From: a virus
IMG/VR virus record: IMGVR_UViG_3300025881_000008
Location: 32,001-96,000 of that record
Strand: one strand, 5' to 3'
DNA length: 64,000 nucleotides
Made by a program: the position numbers and the translations under genes. Below the pieces are notes generated by a model. It did not search any database. It was not told the DNA's origin and saw only the letters and a list, made by a program, of their open reading frames with translations. Positions 25,105 to 33,250 of this stretch are shown one piece after another (the stretch's first letter is position 1; each line of letters starts with the position of its first letter).

Positions 25105-26168
25105 AGATCCAATTGACTTGATGTGAAATATTGATCGATCTTTTTGTGAGCGTTGATTTTAAGCTCAAAACATTTCAATATTAAGTCATTTAGATCTTTA
25201 ATATTATATGTATCTAGCTTATTTTCCTTAAGAAATTTAGACCACATAAATACTGGTCGTCCTTTCTTAAGCTTCTCAGCCATCTTCTTTTTACCTGTTA
25301 CATCATTATCAAACATGTACCTGACTGTTGGTATCTCATCAAAATCATCTGTTGATCTACCAGCGGTAGCTAGCGCCAGTGAGTTGGTCATAAACTTAGC
25401 ATCTAATGGCCCCTCGAACATTGTAATGGGTCTTTGAAAGTTTAATTGCATAATACCAAATAGTGTAGATATCTTGGTCAAGTTATTTAACTCATCATTT
25501 GTCATATCTAGTGGTTTACCCATTTCTTCATATATTTTAGGTAAATCATATGTTAGATATCTTTGACCATAACCTTTCATTCTACGTGTTTGTGCTCCTA
25601 TAATTTTGTTATCAGTACTAAAGTTTAATATCCATAAACGATGTTCTTTTTCTGAATAAAGAAAATCATCTACTCTATTGTGGAGTAATCTTGCCTTTAA
25701 TTGAAACCATATCCAGTCACCGGGTACTATCGGTTTTGCCTTAAAATGTTTTTTAAAGTCATCGATATCAATTGCTAAATTATGGATCTCTTCAAGACCT
25801 TGATGTTTTAAAACTGACTCGGGATTTACCTGTATCTTATTTTGTTGAATGTAGTCAATGACCAAAAAAGAGTCATCGCTATTCGACATTTTAATATCAT
25901 GATCCTTTAAAAAAGTATAAAGATTTGTGTGGTGGTTGCAGTTATAACAATGGTACTGTAATGTATCCCAGAATATGTTACCACGCTTGGCGGTATCATC
26001 TTTGTAGGAGTCGCCACAATAGGGACATGCAAGGGTTATTCGCCCATGCATGTCCTTTAGTAGCTTCTTGTTAGGTTCAGGATGTTTTTGAGATACTACT
26101 TCTTTAAGTGCATACCTTATTTTATCCTTTAACTCTTCAGTAAGTTGTATATTAGATGTCGAGGTCAT
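25092..26168 (-). CDS. DNA primase, gp61-like
   Basis: Zn finger CPYCGDS...HCYNC, TOPRIM FEGPLD, FDND, KDLND. Confidence 0.9.
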   Translation of the reverse strand: MTSTSNIQLTEELKDKIRYALKEVVSQKHPEPNKKLLKDMHGRITLACPYCGDSYKDDTAKRGNIFWDTLQYHCYNCNHHTNLYTFLKDHDIKMSNSDDSFLVIDYIQQNKIQVNPESVLKHQGLEEIHNLAIDIDDFKKHFKAKPIVPGDWIWFQLKARLLHNRVDDFLYSEKEHRLWILNFSTDNKIIGAQTRRMKGYGQRYLTYDLPKIYEEMGKPLDMTNDELNNLTKISTLFGIMQLNFQRPITMFEGPLDAKFMTNSLALATAGRSTDDFDEIPTVRYMFDNDVTGKKKMAEKLKKGRPVFMWSKFLKENKLDTYNIKDLNDLILKCFELKINAHKKIDQYFTSSQLDLWYV

Positions 26169-27066
26169 TCAAAAAAGAATCTAGATCGTCATCAGATGAA
26201 ACGCTTGAAGTTGATTCTGTTTTTGCTGGAGCTTCCACTGGCTTTTCTGCTACCGCAGTTGCCGACTGTGTTGCTTTTTTAGGAGCACTCGATGTCATCT
26301 CAGCGATAGAGCTGCCTGGATTGATGTACATTCTCAATACGTCATTAACGAAAGATCTTGTATCTTCATCCCATGCTTGGTAATCATAACCCTTTAAGGA
26401 AGGAGCAGCTTCTAGCTCAGCCTTAATTGTTGTCATGGTCTCTTTGTTACGCTCTGCTGGTGCATCACCCATAATAATAGCTGATTTACTTGCTGAGAAT
26501 TTAGACTTGTCATAGTTGTTGTAGTCACCTTGGCGAGTAATGATTAACTCAAAGTTCTTACCTTCAAAAAGGTCAAATACTTGTGTTGGTTCACCAAAGT
26601 CTGGTTTCAATTCTGCATCAATCTTCTCTTTGATCTTATAACCAAATTTAAATACTTTGTAAGTACCTTCTAGATCTGGGTTCTGTGGATCTTTAATGAT
26701 CTTGATTAGTGCATAATATTGCTGACGTCTTTTCAATTTCTCTGAAGACTTGCGGTCAACAGCTGAATCTGATTTACGTAGCTTCCAAAATACATCTGCA
26801 ATAGGACATTTCTCACCAACAGTAGATGGACTATCAACTAGTTTACCATCACCGCTTGAGTTAGTTAGCCAGTGTACGTATTTTTGGATTAGGGAATTGC
26901 GAGGGTTTTCTGGATTAGGAACAAAACGAATTAATGCTTTGTAAGTTCCGTCTTTACCGTCGTCTGCGGTTGGTTTGTAGATCTCGTTAGTAGAACTACT
27001 TGCTTGTACTTGGTGGGTTTCTACGTCTTCCACACCTAAGTTAAAAATGTCAAATGAATCACTCAT
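26152..27066 (-). CDS. Single-stranded DNA-binding protein, gp32-like
   Basis: ALIRFVP, KCPI, FKFGYKI, FDLFEGKNF, NYDKSKF, acidic tail DDDLDSFLNDL. Confidence 0.92.
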   Translation of the reverse strand: MSDSFDIFNLGVEDVETHQVQASSSTNEIYKPTADDGKDGTYKALIRFVPNPENPRNSLIQKYVHWLTNSSGDGKLVDSPSTVGEKCPIADVFWKLRKSDSAVDRKSSEKLKRRQQYYALIKIIKDPQNPDLEGTYKVFKFGYKIKEKIDAELKPDFGEPTQVFDLFEGKNFELIITRQGDYNNYDKSKFSASKSAIIMGDAPAERNKETMTTIKAELEAAPSLKGYDYQAWDEDTRSFVNDVLRMYINPGSSIAEMTSSAPKKATQSATAVAEKPVEAPAKTESTSSVSSDDDLDSFLNDLDI

Positions 27067-27119
27067 ACCTTTTAGTTGTTTAAATTTTTAAATTGTTTAC
27101 CTTGAAATTACTTTCAGTT

Positions 27120-27147
27120 CTTATAATCGCGTACTAAAAAAAGTTTC
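27120..27147 (-). promoter_or_regulatory. Phage promoter GAAAC-N17-TATAAG for gp32-primase-uvsY-uvsW
   Basis: Recurring motif with exact 17-nt spacer. Confidence 0.72.
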
Positions 27148-27322
27148 AACTATTAGTCAATGTTAAAATACTATTACCGTTCTCTTTCCATCTACCGTCC
27201 TCGAGCTTAAGCAGCCCTGCTTTGTGGAGTAGTTCTTCACGCTCAGTTGTTGTGATCCTATTTTCTCGCACCATCGTTATGAGGGCTTTATTGAGATGGA
27301 TGAGTTCAGTTGTAGCTAACAT
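27146..27322 (-). CDS. 58-aa hypothetical protein
   Basis: Manual translation MLATTELIHLNKALITMVRENRITTTEREELLHKAGLLKLEDGRWKENGNSILTLTNS*; has its own promoter. Confidence 0.6.
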   Translation of the reverse strand: MLATTELIHLNKALITMVRENRITTTEREELLHKAGLLKLEDGRWKENGNSILTLTNS

Positions 27323-27355
27323 TTTAAATAATTGTTACTGTTTATTAGTATACAT

Positions 27356-27448
27356 ATTATATATCTGAATTGCTTTTTGTTTCATCTAGAGCTTATTTTT
27401 ATTTTTTTTTAAATAAATTGAAACAATTCTGAGCAACTAGCATATAAT
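27356..27448. promoter_or_regulatory. Back-to-back promoters: - strand GAAAC-N17-TATAAT (27383-27356) and + strand GAAAC-N18-TATAAT (27420-27448), flanking a T/A tract
   Basis: Direct motif reading; the - strand copy also overlaps a GATATATA late motif (27358-27365). Confidence 0.6.
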
Positions 27449-27473
27449 AAATGTTCTTTAAGTCAGAGACAGA

Positions 27474-28124
27474 TTAGGCTGGAGGGTTGGCCATAAAGGC
27501 AACTAGGAAATAAGCGTCGACTAGATCGTCTAACGGCTTTGGGATCTTCTTCCCGACTTCAAGGTCTTTCACAATTTTCCACAAAGGGCTTTTAGCTAAG
27601 ACCGGGTCTTCATTCACATTTCTTTGAAAAGCCTCAAACAACTGGAGCTTGTTCATGTTACCTTTACCAGCAAACTTCTTAATAGTAGTCGGGGCCACCG
27701 TCATGATGTCTTCGGGATTTAAGGTCTTTAAGAGTTTAAGTTTTAAGATTGCAGCGCCGGCTGCCATGTCAATCATATTATTAGTCCCACCGTTAGAACC
27801 ATATGAAGTGCCTTCGAATCCAATAGTAAACCCATCACCTTCAAAACTGTTTTGTAAGACCAGGTTTATTATGTCATCTGCCATTCTATCATAGCGCTTA
27901 ACCTTGAGGAGTTCAGCACTTGAAAACGTTTCGTTATTTGTAAAGTCAGGTTGATCAACTAAAGTGACATCACTTAATAATGATATCTCTTCTTGAAGCC
28001 TTTGTTCTGCCTTTGTACCTGTTTTTGGTTTTATATAACTAATGAAATGGTATTTCTTACCTTTATCATTATATAAGCAAATTCCTGGGGAATTAAGAGA
28101 AAAGTCTACTGCTAAAAAATTCAT
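27474..28124 (-). CDS. RuvC-like Holliday junction resolvase
   Basis: AVDFSLNSPG, FEG, VAPTTIKKFAGKGNMNK, DDLVDAY. Confidence 0.85.
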   Translation of the reverse strand: MNFLAVDFSLNSPGICLYNDKGKKYHFISYIKPKTGTKAEQRLQEEISLLSDVTLVDQPDFTNNETFSSAELLKVKRYDRMADDIINLVLQNSFEGDGFTIGFEGTSYGSNGGTNNMIDMAAGAAILKLKLLKTLNPEDIMTVAPTTIKKFAGKGNMNKLQLFEAFQRNVNEDPVLAKSPLWKIVKDLEVGKKIPKPLDDLVDAYFLVAFMANPPA

Positions 28125-28493
28125 TTAGATTCTTTTACCAAGACTAGCACCTAGTGCAGCGCCAACAAGTCTTGAGGTTAATAAATCATAGAAAATACCT
28201 TTTTCAATACCTAATACTTTAGCAATCATCTTACCAACTGATTTACCTAAAGCGAAACCAGTAAGACCACCAATAATTGAACCAAAGAAACCTTCATTTG
28301 TAATTTCTTCATTAAGCCTTTCAATATCAAAGGTACCATCTTCATTTTTATATTCTAATGCGAATGATTCTAGGGCGGCATCAATCTTAGTCTCTAACTC
28401 AGGTGTCCATTCTTCTTGTAGACCCTCGTTAATAAGTTTGATATCCTGTTCTGTGACAGCATTTTCAACTAAGTATGTATTAAATGTTTTCAT
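28125..28493 (-). CDS. Putative virion protein with capsid-targeting-like N-terminus and glycine-zipper C-terminus
   Basis: MKTFNTYLVE start; acidic N-half; GFFGSIIGGLTGFALG...LVGAALGASLG. Confidence 0.65.
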   Translation of the reverse strand: MKTFNTYLVENAVTEQDIKLINEGLQEEWTPELETKIDAALESFALEYKNEDGTFDIERLNEEITNEGFFGSIIGGLTGFALGKSVGKMIAKVLGIEKGIFYDLLTSRLVGAALGASLGKRI

Positions 28494-28509
28494 ATTTTAT
28501 ATATCGTTT

Positions 28510-29061
28510 TTATTCTACTTCTAATCTTAGATTTAATCTATTGTAAAAGAAGGTAACATCAAATGTATTAAATGACGCCACATTCTCTGCAAAATTCAAA
28601 TTGAGTTCATTAATAGAATTCATAATTGAATCTGTAAATTCCATATAAGCTACCGATGCGCCTTCAGAATCTAAGATTCTTAAAGTCAACGGTTCTATAT
28701 GTGTTTGTTTAGTTGTTCTTGCGTAATAATACAGTAATGTATCCATCATAATCCAATAATTAATAAAACCATCTAGTAACTGCATAGTCACCGTAAATTC
28801 TCTATTAATTACATTTTGAATCGGTAAAGCACCTCTGTGATATCTTTTAGTACCATCATTATCTTCTTGTGATAGTGGATCAAATGAAACACCTGGGATA
28901 TTAATACCTTGAATACTATAGTTAACAAAATCAATAGGTTCAGATAATAGTCCACCTGGTACTTTATTTAAATACTTCTTATACTTCTGTGCCACTTCCT
29001 CAGGAATAAATTTTCTGGGGAATTTAAAATCAAATGCATTATTTCTACTATTAAGAACCAT
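28510..29061 (-). CDS. Tail tube-fold protein (gp3/gp19-like)
   Basis: 183 aa; IQGINIPG, LTLRILD, LNL-F...FDVTF-Y pattern. Confidence 0.6.
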   Translation of the reverse strand: MVLNSRNNAFDFKFPRKFIPEEVAQKYKKYLNKVPGGLLSEPIDFVNYSIQGINIPGVSFDPLSQEDNDGTKRYHRGALPIQNVINREFTVTMQLLDGFINYWIMMDTLLYYYARTTKQTHIEPLTLRILDSEGASVAYMEFTDSIMNSINELNLNFAENVASFNTFDVTFFYNRLNLRLEVE

Positions 29062-29063
29062 AC

Positions 29064-31130
29064 TTAGTTAATATTAAATTTACCAGATAAAATCATTGTT
29101 TCATCCACTCCATTATTAACGCTAATATAAAATGTAGAATTCTTCATACCTCTAATAGTGTTTGCGTTAGCTTCACTAATTTTAAAAAGTACTTCACCTT
29201 CACCCATGTTTATATCTTTATTAGAAACGTGATTAAATTTTAATTTTTGTTTACCATCACCAAATGTCATAACTAAGTGTTCAGCATTTTCAAATGAAAC
29301 GAACTCAACGTCGTCCTCTTTTTTCTTAGCAATTACAAATTTATAGTAAGATGTAAATGGTGGAATATTAATAACTAGGTCGCCTTCTGATTTAAAAGAT
29401 GATGTGTCTACCTCAGTAATACTTTGAGTCATAATGTTTTCATTAGAGCTATCAAATTGAATTTTAGCACTTGAAGCAATAACGTTATGTCTTTCAACAA
29501 ATGCAGGTACATATTTTACAGTTCTAGGTAAATTGTCTGTGAATATTCCAGCTATAATTTTATTAGACGCTAATTGTGGTAGTACGTTATAAACCTCTGT
29601 CAACTGATTAGGAGAATCAATTTTAAGTTTACTTAATTTTTTACCATATTTGGCAGCTTGATTAACTGATAGACTAGCCCTCTTTACAATCTGTGTATTA
29701 TCGGTTTGATTCCATATTTTCATAGTTACATCAATAGAAAAGCTAGATGCTATATTACTATTAACAATAACTGGTCTAAAAACAATAGGAGTATTAAAGT
29801 CCTCGTATTGTGTGTATGTTGTTTGAAAAGTTTTAACTTCAGTAGTACCTATGTTTTCGAACACATCAACATCGAATAAAACTGTTATATCATCTGATGT
29901 TGAAGTAATTTGATTTAAAATATATGCTTCAAAATTACCAATAGAGTTATCTTTCTCTCCGTATATTTTAAAATAATCTCCATCTGCAGCATCCTCTATA
30001 ACAACCGTGAAATCTTGAAATTCATCTTCTCTTGAAATAGTAAATTTATTCTCTTCACCAGTAATAAAATAATCATAACCGTTTAGAGTTTCTAATCTAT
30101 CTATTAATTTAAAAGTAACATTATAATTTGAAGTTGGATCTAAGTCGCTTGAACCGATACTGCCATCACCATAAAAAAGGTCTTCGAATTCAGCATTCTG
30201 ATCTATTAAGGTTGGAACTTTAACTTCAATAAATTTACTATATAAAGTCTCACCTAAAATAAAAGGTTTAGGATTTGCATATTCATAATTACTAGTATTT
30301 AAATAAACCAACTGTGTTAGGTAATTACTTATACCACTATTTCTTTTAGCCCCGATTTGAAATAAGAAACCTTCATAACCCCTGGCAGCAAAACTATAAC
30401 CACTTCTCAGGTGTAGTCTAATACTATCATACTTAATATAATTAATATTAGCAGTTGCATTAGTTTGTGAATTTAAAAGGTCTGTTTCATTTCCACCGGC
30501 CCAATTAACATTGTTGTTGATATAATTAAACATATCATAATCGCCGGTTGAATCATAACCTATTAATGCATACTTTGTGCCTGTGTTATCTGACTGCACA
30601 GCATGATATCTACCGATAGTCTGGTTAATATCATTGCCTGTATTTTCATCAGGACTTGCAAACAGAGGATTGGCTCTAGTATCAACGATTACTTTACCAC
30701 CCTTCAGTCCTTCATATGTATATGAAACCGTACCATTTTGAGTTGGTGTAAATTGTCCGATTTGAGTTACGCTTGAATAAGAGTAAATTCCTAAAGATCC
30801 ACCGATGTTGAATAATTCGGGATTGGGCAAAGCACTTAGATTAAACTTATAAGTTTTACCATTTTGCAATAAGAGAGTTCTCGCTGCAAAATTTTCAACA
30901 GCTAAATAGCCACTTACCGAAGTTACATCAAAATTTACTACCGCGCTACCTAATTCATTAATTAAGTGTCGCTGTTGTGAAGCATCACCTTTAACTGTAT
31001 CTAAGAATTTAACCTCACTACCGTTGTCATCAACTTCTATTTGATACTTAGAAGGATTGCCTTGGTCGTGGTATATAAATTCAAGTAAGATGTCTGAATC
31101 TAAATAAAAATATCTTGATGATTGTGCCAT
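29064..31130 (-). CDS. Virion structural protein, unknown function
   Basis: 688 aa, beta-rich, in the structural block. Confidence 0.5.
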   Translation of the reverse strand: MAQSSRYFYLDSDILLEFIYHDQGNPSKYQIEVDDNGSEVKFLDTVKGDASQQRHLINELGSAVVNFDVTSVSGYLAVENFAARTLLLQNGKTYKFNLSALPNPELFNIGGSLGIYSYSSVTQIGQFTPTQNGTVSYTYEGLKGGKVIVDTRANPLFASPDENTGNDINQTIGRYHAVQSDNTGTKYALIGYDSTGDYDMFNYINNNVNWAGGNETDLLNSQTNATANINYIKYDSIRLHLRSGYSFAARGYEGFLFQIGAKRNSGISNYLTQLVYLNTSNYEYANPKPFILGETLYSKFIEVKVPTLIDQNAEFEDLFYGDGSIGSSDLDPTSNYNVTFKLIDRLETLNGYDYFITGEENKFTISREDEFQDFTVVIEDAADGDYFKIYGEKDNSIGNFEAYILNQITSTSDDITVLFDVDVFENIGTTEVKTFQTTYTQYEDFNTPIVFRPVIVNSNIASSFSIDVTMKIWNQTDNTQIVKRASLSVNQAAKYGKKLSKLKIDSPNQLTEVYNVLPQLASNKIIAGIFTDNLPRTVKYVPAFVERHNVIASSAKIQFDSSNENIMTQSITEVDTSSFKSEGDLVINIPPFTSYYKFVIAKKKEDDVEFVSFENAEHLVMTFGDGKQKLKFNHVSNKDINMGEGEVLFKISEANANTIRGMKNSTFYISVNNGVDETMILSGKFNIN

Positions 31131-31144
31131 TATTTATATTAATT

Positions 31145-31948
31145 TTAAAATCTTAACCATTTAGGAGAATAATATAATCCTAATCCGATTGATGGACCAG
31201 TACTTATTACTTGATTGTTGTTTAGATTGATTCCATAACCGATACCAATCCCTATTGCCCAACCACCTTTTTTGGTAGGCTTTTGATTAAGTCTAGTATT
31301 AATTAAATTAATATTTTCTATATTACTAAAAGTTAATCCTGGATATGATGTAGAAATTTTTAATTGATCTGCTCCGTTTATTCTTTCTATGGCTGCTAAT
31401 AGACTAATCGTATGTTCTATATCAAAAGAAGCATTTCCATAATTTAATCCAGTATCATGTCTTGTTATCAACATATTACCCATTAAATTTCTAGAATTAC
31501 CATTACCAAAATCATCGAACTTAGAAAATGTTAATTTAGTTGTCGTTGAATCCACTTCAGATGATGTTACGTTAGCCAATAAACTATCTTTGATATCTAT
31601 ATCAGCTGATAAAAGAGTATTAACTTTGTTTAAATCCTTATTTAAATTAAGAGCCTTTCTGTATTTTAAAACTAATTCATTTTGATCATCCTTTAAATCG
31701 TTAATATCAAATTCATAAGATCTTATTTTCGATATTAAATTACCATTTTCTGCTACCAATTGATTAACAGAATCCTTTGAAGCTAAATAATTATTTAAAT
31801 TTCTATCTGCTGTTTGTTGAACTACCTCTAAACCATGTTTAAGATTTTCAGTTTGATTACACTGTCTTAGAAACAATAAAACAAAAAGAGCACCCAATAC
31901 AAATGTAAGGGTGTTCCTATTGCTGATTATTTTTTTAATTATATTCAT
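31145..31948 (-). CDS. Membrane-anchored coiled-coil protein, spanin-like candidate
   Basis: N-terminal hydrophobic segment ending RQC, coiled coil, C-terminal Gly/aromatic beta-hairpin ending in F. Confidence 0.5.
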   Translation of the reverse strand: MNIIKKIISNRNTLTFVLGALFVLLFLRQCNQTENLKHGLEVVQQTADRNLNNYLASKDSVNQLVAENGNLISKIRSYEFDINDLKDDQNELVLKYRKALNLNKDLNKVNTLLSADIDIKDSLLANVTSSEVDSTTTKLTFSKFDDFGNGNSRNLMGNMLITRHDTGLNYGNASFDIEHTISLLAAIERINGADQLKISTSYPGLTFSNIENINLINTRLNQKPTKKGGWAIGIGIGYGINLNNNQVISTGPSIGLGLYYSPKWLRF

Positions 31949-31954
31949 TTTTAT

Positions 31955-33211
31955 TTATTCTTGAATTCCGTTAAAACCATCGTCTTTACCAAGTACGTCC
32001 TCATCCATTACGTTATGTACTAGGATTCCGCTTGCAAAATATACATCTTTATTTTCAACATTAAATGCATAAGTCGTAAAAGGCGCTTCTGTCTGAACCA
32101 ATACGTTAGAGTTTACTAATACCCATTCATTGTTTTGATTTAACATACTATCACCAACTAAGACATCTTTAATTACTTTAAATACAACTATGTCGTCAGA
32201 TGTTTTAACTAAAACTGGGTGTTCTAACGTAAGTTGTAGTTCTCCATTGTTTATGTCATAATATGAAGAATAAGTATCTACATATATGTCATTTACCACA
32301 GCACTTGTATATTCATCAGAATAGTCAGCGGCTGAAATATTAAACTCTCTGTATATTGTTTCTACATCGCTTAAGCCGTTAATAGCCAACGATAACAGTG
32401 CATCTCCTAATACAATATCCTCTACTTTTTTAGTTTCTCCATTCGCTAAAGTAAGTAAATCACCAGCTAAGTGACATCCACCACCACCGGTACCGCCACC
32501 GCCGGTGTCCACATAAGTTGTTGCTGTCGGGAATGGTGTTGGTGTTGGGTTTATAATTTCTTCAGAAGTTGGGCCCATAATTTCTCCAGAATCAGATTCG
32601 AGTACACAGTACCATGTGTCGCTTGTGCCATAGGGTGCAATTACAGTACAGTCAACATTCGTATTATTTATAGGTGAAAAAGTTTTAGTAAACCTATAAG
32701 TTCCATTAAATACATTAGGGTCTATTGTTACATTTGGACCAAATACGTTTGTTCCATCAACGCCCTCAGTATTAAAATCACTAGGTGCCACTGGACTAGT
32801 CTCACCATCAGCTACAATTGTATACGCTACATCAGTACTAAATGTCTGAGGTGTAAATACAAATCTATTACCAGACGTTGTATTAGTTGCGAACGTGAAC
32901 GCTGGGGTCGGTACAACCGGAGTTGCAGTCGGTACAACCGGAGTTGCAGTCGGTGAAGCCGGAGTTGCAGTCGGTGTTATTACCGTACCACCCGCTTGAG
33001 AAACTGATATAGTATCAGTAGTAGTTGTATTACTGTGCCTAACCGTTAACGTGGCAGATCTGGATGTACCAGAATTAGCCGCCACAGTAATAATCCAATC
33101 ATTACTAGTACCTACTTGATTTATGGTAATCCAGCTAGGCGGAGTATCCCACGAATAGGATGTGCCTAAAGGTGTGATATTTACCGTTCTTGTATAATCG
33201 TTTGCTGCCAT
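31955..33211 (-). CDS. BACON-domain protein with Pro/Thr linkers and a C-terminal Hint domain
   Basis: SWITI...TVAANSGTSRSATLTV...ISVSQ (BACON); Hint from Cys246 (CHLAGD) via LTLEHP to LVHN400. Confidence 0.85.
   Translation of the reverse strand: MAANDYTRTVNITPLGTSYSWDTPPSWITINQVGTSNDWIITVAANSGTSRSATLTVRHSNTTTTDTISVSQAGGTVITPTATPASPTATPVVPTATPVVPTPAFTFATNTTSGNRFVFTPQTFSTDVAYTIVADGETSPVAPSDFNTEGVDGTNVFGPNVTIDPNVFNGTYRFTKTFSPINNTNVDCTVIAPYGTSDTWYCVLESDSGEIMGPTSEEIINPTPTPFPTATTYVDTGGGGTGGGGCHLAGDLLTLANGETKKVEDIVLGDALLSLAINGLSDVETIYREFNISAADYSDEYTSAVVNDIYVDTYSSYYDINNGELQLTLEHPVLVKTSDDIVVFKVIKDVLVGDSMLNQNNEWVLVNSNVLVQTEAPFTTYAFNVENKDVYFASGILVHNVMDEDVLGKDDGFNGIQE
32907..32975. repeat. 21-bp coding tandem repeat (PTATPVV), about 3 copies
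   Basis: gtcggtacaaccggagttgca repeated. Confidence 0.85.
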
Positions 33212-33230
33212 GTTATTATTTATGTTTTTA

Positions 33231-33238
33231 TATTTATC
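33231..33238 (-). promoter_or_regulatory. Putative late promoter GATAAATA
   Basis: Intergenic, 20 nt upstream of the BACON-Hint gene. Confidence 0.55.
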
Positions 33239-33250
33239 TTGTTTTTTATA

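Noticed and set aside
27474-28124. TnpB/Cas12-like RNA-guided nuclease
   Set aside because: It is a contiguous 216-aa RuvC with resolvase-type motifs, no Zn finger or REC/WED regions, and no array.
32012-32476. Canonical mobile intein
   Set aside because: No endonuclease domain, +1 residue is Val, and the C-extein is only 18 aa; treated as a Hint autoprocessing domain instead.
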